Source: Tubulanus polymorphus (taxonomy: Eukaryota; Animalia; Nemertea). Taken from it: a stretch of 64,000 bases of DNA. A model generated the notes under the pieces. It worked only from the letters and a program-made list of their open reading frames with translations. It searched no databases and was not told where the DNA came from. Position numbers and translations under genes: made by a program. The stretch covers positions 22,218,210 to 22,282,209 of the forward strand of contig NC_134030.1 of assembly GCF_964204645.1 (NCBI RefSeq), given 5' to 3'. Shown one piece after another: positions 26,650 through 40,343 of the stretch; position 1 is the stretch's first letter; each line of letters opens with the position of its first letter.

Positions 26650-26790
26650 TTGACTGTCCTACAAGTCAATATTCATAGTCTTACGTGTAAATTACAAGAA
26701 CTGAAATTAATGATCGATAATTTAGCGAAGCAAATTATAGTTCTAGATATCATCATGATCTGTGAAACCTTCATAAATGACAAAAATGCT
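26650..26790 (+). mobile_element. LINE (CR1/L2-type) AP-endonuclease N-terminal fragment
   Basis: [11 protein letters not shown]...LDIIMICETFI matches the EEP/APE start motif (N-I-x-S-L ... D-I-I-x-I-x-E-T). Confidence 0.7.
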
Positions 26791-28410
26791 TTATTATGCC
26801 TTTATTTCATTATCAATACCAGTACATCCATCGTAGTTTGAAAAGTTCATTTTCATTTAGAAAATACCCCCAGTGAAGTTCATTACTTGTTCCTTATTCC
26901 GTTACTTAATGAGAATTCATCTCCCAATAACTTGTTCCTTGTTCCTTATTGGGAGATGAATTCTCAATAATTAACGGAATAAGGAATAAGGAACAAGTAA
27001 TGAACTTCACTGGGTATTGGAAAATTACGTTTTCGACGACACAAAACGTTGTTCCCAAAAGAAGCGGTGAAGTTTCGGAAAACACGTTTTTCTGTTCGGC
27101 GTTTTGTTTTCTGACTCCAACAGACACGGCAAAACAAAACACATCACAAAAGTTTTTCACCAAGAAAAAACGTCTAATTCGTCTGTGGGCTGGCCGCACC
27201 ATCCTGTGCCCACCATCGGACTCTGGACACAGTATCATGTCTAACTGGTATTAATCGATCTTTGCTCTATAAACTGCGGGTCTCTACTAAGAAATCAATC
27301 CATTATTCACCAAAAATAGTTATTGTAATATGTTAACTTACAAAACGTCGCTGAAAAAATCTTTAATTCTGAAATAATACCAACAAAGCTGCAGAATATA
27401 GTTATAGAATATTCTTTTATTTAGTCTTTCACTCGGAGCGTGAAGTAAAAATACCGATCTCTTTACAAATATCGCCTATATTTAAAACGTCGGACCTTAA
27501 CTAAATCCTTGGTTATTTATATATTTCTAAAATGTATTTCTATCGGTAAGGTCATTGTGCTGCTCCTGTGAACATCATATAATTGTAGTGCAAACATTCT
27601 AAAAGGTGTTACGTGTTTGCGACAAGTTGAGAATCAATAATTCAATAATTTATCAGCTTCATCTTCGTCGTTGTGTCGATTGTGATGTTCACGGTGTTGT
27701 TCCAGCACTAGAGGTTTATATTCCTATGACAAATCTATTCACAAACTGTCCTAAAATTACGAATCCTATCTGATCTTTTCAAAACAATCCTTATCTCATA
27801 ACTCCCTTTTCTCTAAAAATCTCACGAGTACTTACAAAAAAGAATCTAGTTATTTGCTATAAATGACTTAAGCTTGTACAAAAAAAATCTAATTAACCTA
27901 CATATTACTATTTGTCTTCGCGCTTACTCATTAAAGTAAAACAATTTTAGAGGTTTAAGACCTATTAAGTTAAGAATCCTGATCAATTCAAAATAATCTT
28001 TATACATAGTTTAGTGCCGATTGCGATGTTATGGGTGTTTTCCCAGCACTAGGTTTATATACCTAATACAATTAAACCTATTTACAAACCATCCTAAAGT
28101 TGAGAATCCTATCTTATCTATTCCTAATTAACTCAATAATCATTACGAGATTTCACCCGAAAGCTCGTTATATTTACAAAAAAACAAAAACAAAAAATAA
28201 AATCTATTTGAATAAAAACCCACACATTACTATTTGTCTTCGCACAATTAAATCTAACAATTTAAAAGGTTAAATCTGTGCAGATTAACATTTTCTGTTT
28301 ACGGTTTGAATACAATTCTTCCAAATCTATTAAGGATTTGTGTCTTTGCCCTTCCCGGCTTTCATATCCATATATGGAGTTGTATATTGCACAGAAGCAT
28401 ACGAATAAAG

Positions 28411-31400
28411 TTAATTATCATCTTCCACAGGTTCATCGGTATCTTCCACCAACTGAAGATACGTCGTCTTCTTCAAAGCTTCAGGATTCATGTATTGATC
28501 TGTGTCTGTGCCTCCACCGGCGCTAGGAGTTGTCACGTCTATCGGGCCTTCAGTGCTCATGTATGTATCCTCTTCTATCCCAGGTCCCATATCCATATAA
28601 GGAGTTGTATCTTTGCCCTTACCGGCTTCCATAGCCATGTGAGGAGTTGTATCGTTTTCCTTCTCGGCTCTCATGGCTTTATGACTTTGTTGTAATCCAG
28701 TATTTCTCAAAAGTTTTCTTTTTGAAACATTCTCGGGATTTCTGTCGTCGTCCGGGTCTTTGTAGATGTTCAACTCGTCATTTGTTGTTTCAAGTTGTTG
28801 CTGTGCTGTTGAAGTGTCCACATGACCTTCACCGGTTTCAAGCTGTTGCGGTTGTGTTGAAGTATCCACGTGACCTTCACCGGACGAACATCGTCTGCAT
28901 CTGAAATGTGTAATTTATGCAGCATTTTTTACAGTTAATTTCAACGTATTTCGAGAAGGTTGTGAACTGCAAAATAACAGAAATCTAGTACCGATTTTGC
29001 ACAATCCCAAAATTGATGCTAAACGTACAACCAAACATTTTAATGACAAATGGTATTACGTTGAGTGCTCTCTTTTAAGCTCTGATTTTCGTAAAAGTCT
29101 TGACACAGACACATAAGACTCTCATAGCAAAAACTGGTTTTGCACAGTAGGTTCGAGTCCCGATCTCGCGATCCCGGCATTTATTTTTAAAAGTAAACAT
29201 CGTTAACTGTTTAAATTAACCCACCGGTCGGTTTGATTTTTATCATCATCCAGACTTACTGACTTTTCATCTTCAACTTACAACGAATTCGATGTTGTAT
29301 TTAAATATATATCGATGGCGATAGAAGGAGATTGACTTAGATCTAGCTGAAGTTTAGTCAACACTTCGAAACCGTCAAAGTATAACAACTGTGGGTTTTT
29401 CCTATCAACACGGGGGGGGGGGGTATGTCGAGTTCATACCGGGAGGTGGGGGTGGGGGAGGGTATGTCGAGTTCATACCTGCAAATAGTAATAACAGCGA
29501 TAGCAACGATCAAAAAGTATCCAGCCGCTCCACCAACGATGTATGAGAATATGAGGCCGATAACAATCCAGTGATTGGGGTCTGATGTAGCCTGAAAGAT
29601 ATAACAATGATTAAATTACTATCACGAACGACCATTTAATCGCATATTTGTTACTGCGATCATCAACAATATTCAACCCGTAATGATTTAAAACGTGGTA
29701 TCCTATATGCAAATAGCTTATACTGTGTTTAAATCACGACAGGTTTAGACGTGGATCAAGAGTGTTCCAAATCGCATAAGGGCACTCAATATTACGGGCT
29801 GCTTTATCCTTCACCGAGTGTCTGATGTTAGACTAAGATCGTAGAGCGACGGGGATTTTTGTGGAGGCAACCACTGCCAGAGCTTGGTGAACTGTATCCA
29901 TGCCTCACGAGCGCGGTAGCCACTGACAGGGGTTTTGGGGACCTCCTTCGGAAAATGTAGGTAGGAATTAAAGACAATTTTAGGCCATGCAAAATAAAAA
30001 CAAACAACTGAATAAATTGACATCAAACTCGACTATCTATACAATAAAACAGCCAGATACTCACCTTTGGTGGATCAGTATTTGCTTTGTCTGAAACGAA
30101 AAATGAAAAAGAAATTCAGGCTTCGATCTCTGAACCTCACGTCTAACAGTTGACAATTCTACCACTATTAGTTCGATTATAGGGACCTGAACAGAGCCGT
30201 AAAGGCTGTGACATCACTAGGACGTTCGGGCCCCTTGAAAAAATGTTTATTATGACATGTGGTGATTGAAATAGAAATAGTCATATTAAAACAGTCCTGG
30301 TTTATACCTGATGATGGAAAATGATGCTAAAATTTGTGTTTTACGCTTTTATGGTTGTTCAACTACCGCAACTTTTAACTGTTAGTAGATAGGTACTAGT
30401 TCCCCCTAGCGGCCAGTATTCTAACTCTTACTCCTACCTGTTTCGCCATTTTCCACGACAGTGCTGCCATCTTTACCGATTTTAAAGGTAAACTCTTTTT
30501 CCATGCTGCGGGTTGTTGCGCCATGTTTCCACGTGAATTTCACAATAACTGCCACTTTTCCGGTCAAATTTGTCGGAAACGTCAAATTTAAACTCATTTG
30601 ATCGTTAACAGCTTCGCTCGCGACATTTCCGTCGCTGAGGAATCGATTGTTAGCTTTAAAACGATGGGCAACATTAAACACGATTCCAGGTTGTTGCGCG
30701 GTCCATTTCACCACTCGACCTTCAACTCGCCAGTTCTTGAAATATTGACCAGTATCATCTGAAAACATAAACAAATCAGCACTCCTAGCGGCCATTCGAG
30801 AACTATATATTCAGAATAATTATCATGTACAAACCTTTGTTTTCGATGTCTATATTAAAGTTATCAGTGCATTTATACGTGCAGGTTTTATCATCGGGGA
30901 TCTGAATAGACCACGTGTTTCCGGTTAGTCTAATAGCATGTATTGCGTCATCGTCACCACATTTACACGTGACAGTTGTTTTCACATCGTAATTGTATAT
31001 CATATGAACAGTCGTGTCGTTTACTCGCTTCCAGCTCCGAGCCTTACCTAAAAACATTATACACTTAAACATGCTTAATCGTGTTGATGACGTCATAGGG
31101 GGATCTATAAACTGCTAGCTCCCGCTTTTTACACTTACCAGTAGGGTCACCCGGTGTAGTTTTAGTTTTGGGAATAACTGTTACTTTTAAAACATTTGCT
31201 GACGTTTTCACGGAGTTTCCGTCGATACTGGAGTAACATCTGAACTGTGAGTTGTTGAGTGTCATATTTCCACGGATTGTTAATCGTTTCCCGTATGAAT
31301 AATGTTTCCACTCATCATTTTCTAATCGCTTTTCCCAGTTTATTCTCCCTTTATCGTGTTTACACGTGTAAGTTTTTGATTCTCCTTCATTCAATTTCAC

Positions 31401-33984
31401 CTCATAATTCATTAAATCATTCCCCGCTGCATCAACTATCACTGGGAGACCGTCTGTAAATAAACATATTCTGATTATGTCAATCATTCAGTTACTGGTT
31501 TTATATTTCAACTTAAGTAATGATGATAGAAATCTTTAAAATTGTATGAAAAAATTGTTCATAGTAAAAGCTGTATCATGGTTACAAAAATCACGTTAGT
31601 TCCAATCAATTTTCCGAAGAGTTCCACAAAAACGTGGAGACAATAAATTGGATGCAACGTCCGCCTTAAATGTTTTAATAACGATTGGGAATTTTAACCT
31701 AATTCTAACTGAATACTAATTGAGTAAATCTCCCGGGTTTTAGTTAATCCCACCCCTAGGGGTATAAACAGAGCGGTAATTCACCACACAAAGAATTTTA
31801 GTATCCACGCTTTATTCGGGCCCCAAAACATTAAATGATCGAGCAGGTCGTCTTTAAACTCATCTCTCTGTCTCTCTACCTTCGCTCCGTCTAGTAATGT
31901 GTATCTCTTCTTCGATGATCTCCGGGATAACGAGGGCATTGTGGAGCCGTGACGTCAGATATCTGGACTTCATTCGCGGTGGTTTCACAACTAAGAAAAT
32001 AAAAAACAGTTTTCTAGAAAAAGTCCATAAAAATCGATTATTAGAAAACGCGACGCTCTCCTTAGAATTTGAAACTAATGTTCTCTGATTTCTAGTCGAT
32101 TGAGATTGGAAAATTAAACAACATTATTCTAAATTGTGGACGCCTTAGAATTACTAGATCATCAGAAACCATCGGAATCATCCTATCTGAGTTTAGGGAA
32201 GGGTATTAGACCCTCTAGAAGTATGAAAACCCGTCATTTTTTGAAAATTCTTTAAAAAAGAATTAAGTTAGCACGATCTGAAATTAAGAAAGTTAGCACG
32301 TAAGGAGTTAAAAACACTCGTTTATGAAAAGACGTCTGTAAGACAAGCTGGCCTCTGCTGTGAGAGAATAATGTTTACATTTCATCATCCAAGCATTGTA
32401 AGACTCGATAATGAAAAGACGACTATTAGAACAGCCGGTCGCTGAACTCGAATCGTCTCTAGAAATATGTTTTAGAATTTGTAGTAAATCTGTGATTGAC
32501 GGAATGGAATATAAGAGAATCCTTTAATAAATCAGTAAATGTTACGCAACGCATGTTTCTAGGATTTCGGGTCTTTCAGGGAGTTCAAACACCAGTCTTC
32601 CGCTAACTAAACGTGTCCCGTGCTCGGTGGAAGCCACAGTAGTGAAACTATAGCAAAAGATAAGCAGTATTGGTGAGGAGAGAAGAATCTATTGCCTTAA
32701 CTAGAGGATTTTTGCACTTAATAAAGTTATAAGTCATTGGAGGAGATATGGCGATATATTTTCAGAGTTTATCACGGGCCCCCTATTTGTTTCAAATGAC
32801 AAAATAGACTTTGGATATTTCTAACAGCTAGCTAAGTGCAAGATAAATCATCACGAATAAATACAGTAATCTCCGCTAATCGCGTCATTAGTTTGCCCGC
32901 ATTCTTGACACATAATCAGCGGATAAATCGAGGAAGTATTTACTTAAAACCGTATCAATATATTTCTTGAATTATGAAAATTCCAAAATCGTTCACAATG
33001 ATTTTGCCCCATATCTACTGATGACGGAGCCCATTCACCGAATCTGTCAAATAAACACCACTTCTGGAGTTTCCCTTTGGCATGGTCCCCTTAGGGCCAA
33101 AGGAAAAAGTAAATCCATAGATTCAATCGAGATCACCCCTTACATTTGAAATATTGCGGTTTTTCAATATGACCACCATCGTCATTACTGATGATGGCTG
33201 TTTATCAACAGCCGAAACGTTGTGGTTTCAAAATGATAAATTCTATCAGTACAATTTAGAAGTTTGAGATTTCTTCAATTATCGTAATTACTGCTTCACC
33301 CAGCCCTGATACTGGTTGTTTCTAGGGATATCTCTGAAGCTCTACGATCCTGTGTAACCATCAGATTCTTGGTGAAAATTACTGCACGAATATCACATTT
33401 TCAAGCCCAATTTTGCAACCACGTAACGTAGGCTTGTAAAACCATTGTCTTTACCAACTAAATCACAGTCAAACTACCATATAAAATTGTTGTTATTCAA
33501 TATACGTTGGTTGTTTTTAATGTGACCGCCGCTGCTATTACTGTAAATCAAATTTTAGTCTCGCATGCCCTTATTGGCAACTACTGTCTGTCACACCTGC
33601 TCTTCGTGCGACGTTTTGGTCCGTTATTTCGTTAATAATTACGTTTGCGGTCAAATCAGCGAGTCAGACCTCCGAGCGATTATCTAACTTAGATTAGATA
33701 ATTGCTCGTAGGAGTCAGACAGACTCTCCGCCATAGTTTGTAAATCTTCTGATTATCTTTTGTCAGTAACATTTAATAGGGCCTGTGACAAATCTCTACG
33801 GCACTGACTCTGACGTCATCGGTTGAATTCGCAATTCCGATAGAAATATAATTACTAAGGCGAGTAACGGAGGCCGCAGTAACTTACTTATTTCATTCGT
33901 ATTAGCTCCAGATGTTTCTGCAATGTACAAGTATCCCAATAGTAAAACTGTGCAGATTATTAAGAACAAACTTGTCTTCGTCAT
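28411..33984 (-). CDS. Ig-like type I membrane receptor, paralogue 3 (~524 aa)
   Basis: Exons 33984-33888 (signal peptide), 31453-31139, 31047-30835, 30758-30438, 30090-30065, 29591-29479 (TM) and 28900-28411, 1575 nt in frame. Tail has NIYKD, PYMDM, TYMST, QYMNP and TTYLQL. Confidence 0.85.
33170..33228 (+). ncRNA. Minimal hammerhead ribozyme-like motif
   Basis: CTGATGA, stem GGCTGTT/AACAGCC, then GAAACGTT with a palindromic stem III. Stem I pairing is weak. Confidence 0.45.
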
Positions 33985-34711
33985 CGTGATATCGAAAGGA
34001 TCGATTCACATCTATTACAATAATCGCTCTGGTTGAGGAAGTTTAACAGAATACTTCGATGATGGATTGATAATGTTTAATATATCCGAGTGTTTAAGCA
34101 AACGGAGGAAGCGAAAAGTAAAAACGTTTGATGAAAAAAAGTGTCGGACCCTTCTGAGCTGATCGTAGCAGCCGATAGTTCCTTTCATGAAGTCATGAAT
34201 GATATAACCGCGATAAGGCCTGCAGTTATATTGATTTAAGTTAATTATTCTTTCATTATTATTCAAACAATATTAAAAGTTAAGTTATTCAAAACACTCA
34301 ATTTGTTTTAATAATTATTTGATTTGAATTAGTTATCATCTCAATTGATTTAGAAATAATAAAGTTTTCAAATTTAAATTCAGAAAAAAATGAGTTCGCT
34401 AAAACTACATGCTCTAAAATATTTCTTACGTTTATTGGAATTATTTATCAATTATAAATTTCGATTAATAAATAATCGATTATCTATGAGATTTTGAATT
34501 AAAATGGCTGTTAACTGTTAGTTGTTTTAGGTAGAAGAAAATAATTTACTTATCAAATCAAACTAATTGCAGGCCTTGTAATATCGCAGAAATATCTTCG
34601 ATTTAAATTAAAATCATCAATTCTTTCACTCTTCATTTTATCCTCGTTGATAACTGTGAAAAAAGCACAAAAAAGATTAATTTCTATAATACTTTAAAAA
34701 ATACATTACGT

Positions 34712-35005
34712 TATGTTGGGGAAACTGGTTGGAATATTAAGGAACATATTAAAGAACATAAACGCGATGTATTCAATGGGGTTAAATTAGAAAGTGGGAT
34801 AGTTTCTCATTCTTTGGTTACCTGACACAATTTTGATTTTTCTGGAGCCAATATTATCTTTCCCAACAGTGGTCGCACTAAACGACATATAGTTGAATCT
34901 GCTTTGATTACAACCCATTCCGATCGTTCTGCGAACCTCAATAATGGTTTCAGCCCCCATAATAAACTTCTTTCAAGTTATGTCAGTGCTCTAGTCCCCG
35001 TAACG
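34712..35005 (+). mobile_element. Penelope-like retroelement GIY-YIG endonuclease remnant
   Basis: YVGETGWNIKEHIKEHKRDV...SH...HNFDF...RHIVESALI...NLNNG, with an internal stop. Confidence 0.75.
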
Positions 35006-35074
35006 TAATGTGCAGCGATTCGTGTCCTATTTCATATTTCATGTATTAATACCGTGTGTTTATTTGGCAAGTCA

Positions 35075-35120
35075 TTTTAGACTGAAGAAGGTTGGTAGTA
35101 ACCACCCGAAATATTTCTCA
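35075..35120 (+). ncRNA. Penelope-associated hammerhead ribozyme-like motif
   Basis: CTGAAGA, hairpin GGTTGGT...ACCACC, then GAAATATT, directly after the GIY-YIG remnant. Confidence 0.5.
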
Positions 35121-35646
35121 TATGTTTTAAATAAACATTTATCATTTAATACATTTATTGTGGGATTTTACTCGTAAGGATAGTTCTATCACTTTAAAAG
35201 CTGTATTTACGGATTATTCTGAACAATGAGGTGTAAGCTGACACTTCTATGTTTTGAAGTAAGCTAGCGTTGAACGGTAATGATAACGAAAATATCTGTA
35301 TTCCTCGCATGCCACAGTAGAATAGCGGGGGCTGTGTTAAATTAGAACCGTTCAGTGCTGCCCCTATGAATAACGATAGCGGAATTTCTGTGAACTAAAA
35401 TAACAGCGCATATTAACCGCCGGAATATGAAATAACTGATGCACAGTTAAGATTCATGTATGATTTGCGACAAAGTTTTTAAGTCGAAAATTCGCCTTAG
35501 AAAAGAAAAATCTTACGGCCGCAAAAATGCTCTTCCAAAATATGTTGTCAGTAGTGGTTGCTATAATGCTGACCGTGAACTATATAATATTGTAAACGTG
35601 TCTGTATAAAATACAATCAGTTACAACCACTCCTTTGCATGGCAGT

Positions 35647-35782
35647 TAGACTGGTTGCCTGTCCCATTGAATATGGCGTTGAAGATAGAGACCGGTAACC
35701 AGTCTACATGGCAGTTCGTCTCGGGAATAGACTGGTTACCGGTCTCTATCTTCCATATTGAATGGGAAAGGCAACCAGTCTA
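35647..35782. mobile_element. Two ultra-small TIR elements (35647-35706 and 35728-35782) in opposite orientation
   Basis: Each begins TAGACTGGTT and ends AACCAGTCTA. Flanking direct repeats are CATGGCAGT (9 bp) and GTCTCGGGAA (10 bp). Confidence 0.7.
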
Positions 35783-36089
35783 GTCTCGGGAAATGTTCTC
35801 TGATCCGGCGAAATCAGGTTCGAACCCCACTTTTCTTTATTATCCGCGCACTTTGAAGATGACAAGGTTTAGATCTGATCGCATTCATCATTTTATTTAC
35901 GTATATCCTTCGAAACAAATTCATCCACAGAAAAGTAAGACAGATAACATTTAGAATCATAATTAACTTATTTTATTGAAAGTATAGCCTACTGATACAA
36001 ACTATGTATATTGTCGATTTTGATGAAAGATCGAATGGAATCGTCAGTCAAAATACTGCCTAAAACAGTCGAGACAAACACGTCTCATT

Positions 36090-36375
36090 CTGTTTGAATT
36101 CCAAAAATAACTCGTTTTTAAACTTCATTTTTCACAAAGATTACATCATAAACTTTGGAACTCCTTACCAGATGCAATTAAATCTAGTCCTTCTACTGAT
36201 GTTTTTAAATCGCAACTTAAAACTCATTTGTTCACTAAAGCTTTTATCTGATGATGTAAATTGTTTTTTCTATCTTTATGTTTAAATTGTGTCTTTATAT
36301 TGTAAAGCCAATGAGCATATTTTATATGGATTTTAGGCTCAATAAATTATTATTATTAATTATTATTATTATTAT
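36090..36375 (+). mobile_element. LINE (L2/CR1 group) 3' end
   Basis: LWNSLP...FKSQLKTHLF-like translation followed by AATAAA and a (TTA)n tail. Confidence 0.65.
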
Positions 36376-38844
36376 CGTTGCCGTGGCAACAACTGGTTGG
36401 AATTAACCTACATATCTAAAGTCAGGTTAATGGTAGTTACAGTCACTGAGAATTACCTAAACTTTTACTGAAATCGCTAATATATTATCGATTTATTACA
36501 CTTATCGGTTTATCAATGTATTACATGTACTTATGATATTTTCGGACTGCAAAATAAAAATGCTGACACAAAATAAAACTCGAATCAATGAAAAAACCAT
36601 TTTTGCTTCGTCAAATTAGTTAGATATCATTTCATTATTGGTCGTAACAGTGGCTTTTTAGTGCACAATTCAAATATCAGTAAAACATAATTATTTTCAT
36701 TCTTATTCAACATTATTTTGAAAGCTTGCAATTCTGTGATTCCTTTCTACCAAATCAATTCAAATTACTATGATAGCTCATAATTTGAAATTTAACCTCT
36801 AAACACAAGAAATAAAATATAGATTCACCTAAATTCTATTGAAAATAAACAAACTAGTTTAATACAAAACACGTTATAAAACCACCCATTCTAATATATG
36901 TCAGTGGACGCCTTGATTTGCGTTGGCTAGTGTTTAGTAAACCTTGCTCATCTTCAGGTCGGTGATATCCTGACTTTTGGCTCCCTACAAAATAAAACAT
37001 TCGAAAAGTTGAAGCCTTTCTGGAATACAAAATAACAATGGTTTTGTAAAACGTAGTTTAAATCTAGTGAAATAGTTGCGTTGTATCATTGATGAGGTGT
37101 ATCCAGATACCTTAGTTTCCTATATACAAATAACAGCTAAAATATCTGCTCACCGATTTATGTTTAGCTTTTGGATTATCTTTTCCTCACGAGGAGATTA
37201 AGACTGGAGTCATCTTTTATCGGACCGCGCATATTCAAACTGCAGTTTATACGCCCAGCATGACAGCAATCAGATCCCGAAGAAGTGAGGAAGGTGTGAA
37301 GTCAACTAATTTAGTATCCGTTGGTTTAGTCAGCACTGACAGCAATCAGGTCCTGAGGAAGAAGAGCTGGTTCTGAAATAAAAACGTAACGATCACTATT
37401 AGAACTTTTAATCTTACTTGATACATGTAACACATTATAATCTGGTCATCACCGATTTATTTCTGCACATTGTAATCTGTTATATCCAGTATTAAACGTC
37501 TATCCGGTCGGGTTGGTTTCGTCAGCTCGTATTGGCAGCATTCAGGTCCTGAGGAAAGAAGAGCTCATCTGAAAAAATTGCAACTATCACCATCAGGATT
37601 TGACTCGATACAAGAACATTGTAGTCTGTGCAATACCTACAATGTACAATGTAGTTCATTTCTAATGTGTTTAACCAATAGATGAGCGGTCTCGATCCAC
37701 AGACATTTGATATTTCATCACCGCCCTCTAATCCCGATCATGCAGAGTTTCACTTTCATGTTCAGACAGCCTTTACTTCCAAAACTGGTTTGCAACAAGT
37801 ACCTGAAATAAGACATTTTCAGAGTGTTTTTAGCAGCGCTTTCTAGAAGAGAGGAAATTACTAACACATGCAGTAGAAATTAAAACCTCAATAACTCACC
37901 TTTATTAAGCTACATCTTGTATTTAGTTGATCTTACATATTCACAAAGGGTAAGTATAGATATTTTGTCTGATTTTATGGACGATATGTTCAAACACCTC
38001 TCGATGTGAAGACATACGTACCGGTGGCAAAACAGGTCCATCGTACAATTCACCCAGTCCTGGCAGTGTGATTGTAACCACAGAGATCTGCGTCGCTCTA
38101 CAATCCCAGTGCAACCAACACTGCGGTAACTTCGTGGTGAATGGTACAGCGCCACGTTAAACAATAATGGCCGAACAACCAAGTGTCGCGTTTCACCGGG
38201 ATCAGTGAACTTACATACGTCAATCTTCCCTCTATAAACTGCGGGTTTCTACTAAAATCAATCCATTCTCCGCCATGCATAAAATTTATAACAGAGATTT
38301 CAATTTAAACATTTGAATCCATCAAATTGATTTGAGAATTGAATACTAATGCTTTATATATTAGAATATTTATCCATTTTAAACTCAGAAAAATATGGAA
38401 TCAACTCTAAAAAATATTTTTAAAAGAAATTGTAGGTTGTTTTTAATTTGTGACTTATCCTCCACCAGAAAACGCTGTTCACTTGATTTTACCCCAGCTG
38501 CAGTTAACACAAGAACATCTCTATAGATAAATTCTTTTTATTTAAGCGAATAAAATAATCACGTTACATTATTAGCAATTTCTAGCAGCACATTCTAACC
38601 AGGTTTTACCAGGAGCCCGCGATTATGATAATTATTATTATTATCATCATTATTATTATTATAGATTTAATAGATTTTTACAGTTAAGATATATTGTAAT
38701 ACATGTATAGCTAGACCGTAAACCAGTTACATTGTATCAAAATACAGTTCTACATTGTAAGATTGAGGTAAGACCGACCGCTGATATTTTGGTAAACAGT
38801 TATTACAATAGTAGATTGATCTTTGCTCGCTATAATTACAAACT

Positions 38845-39070
38845 ACATTTCAACTACGCTACAATAATTCACTTACACTGTATTTTATCTACGCTTATAA
38901 AGTTACACTGTATTTCAGCTACACTAATAGTCAGTTACACTGTATTTCAGCTACACTATAATTCAGTTACACTGTATTTATCTACACTAATACAGTTACA
39001 CTGTGTTTTATCTACACGAATGCAGTTACACTGTATTTCAGCTACACTATAATTCAGTTACACTGTATAT
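38845..39070. repeat. ~30-bp degenerate tandem repeat
   Basis: CAGTTACACTGTATTTCAGCTACACTATAATT-type units. Confidence 0.8.
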
Positions 39071-40343
39071 TTCAGCAGTCAGTTTAGCACATTTCAGTAT
39101 TTGACTGATAAAAGTCATACAATCAAATCTGAACCTCCGCCGACTGAAGGACTGCGTAAAAACAGTTTAGACGCGGAAAACTAGAGTATGTAATTCGTTT
39201 CATTTCATGAAGATGAAAGCATAAAATATAATATAAAATAACCATGTTATGTTATTACAATTAATTGATTTATCAAAAGAATAGTGATTAAATAGTGCAG
39301 AAATAACATTTTAATACAATGATTTCATTTGAAAACATATTCATCTCCTTTCAATGAATTTCTTTTTCTTTTCTTATGAAATCGCACTTGATTCAAGCAC
39401 ACAAAGATTGAAAAAGTGCAGTGCAGTGCAGTATATAGGAAAATATCATATAAATCGTATATTATTTGTCAACATCTCTGAGGTTATAGAATGATAATAT
39501 AATATATATTCAATTATCACAGAGGGTCTATTTTTCTCCGTAGTCTCACAATAAACCGCTAAGCTAAAATATCATCTTCATTAAACTAGATATACATGGT
39601 AACATACGATGAACCTCGAGTACGAGTTAAGAAGGGGAAAATACGTTAATAAGAAGTCAGAAAAGTGATTTATGTTTTTGTCGCAGTTACTCAAAAGTCT
39701 AACGAGGAAGGCAAGGTTTGCTCATACCTGTAATATCCAAGGAAGACGTAAAGAATATGATATGAATTATTGTCATGTTTTTAATGAAATGCATAGAATT
39801 AATTGTATAGAATGAATTGTTAAACTCGATGTTAATCGAACAGATAGAATTATCATAAATGGGCAGTTGAATGCGTGTAGTTTCAATTTAAACCGGTTTA
39901 ATCTCTGGCTATGTTCTGTTCTGTTCCGTTCCGTTCTAGATTCAATTCAATTCAAAGTTTATTGCTCAACAAACGACATTGCACAAAGCAGATAAATACG
40001 AAAAAAATAAAACAATACAGGAAAATGATAGGCTTAAGTGTACACAATTCGACAGTGAAAGAACATCATGATTAAGTTACTATAATGTTATTTAATACAA
40101 GGTCATGCCTTTTCTGATATAGCTAACTCGAGCAAACGCGTATTAACAGAGGAATTCAACAGTATTTGAAATCTTACTACACTAGGGTTCCTTATAGTAT
40201 TCTTTTATGTAGGTCTACCTAATATTTTCCAAAAAGGGCATACTAAGATGAAGTGGTATTCATCACAAACAACAGCCAGCTGGCATTTCGTGCACAGACT
40301 ATCCTCCCTTAGGAAGACGTTGTTTTTTATTCCTCTACAGAAA

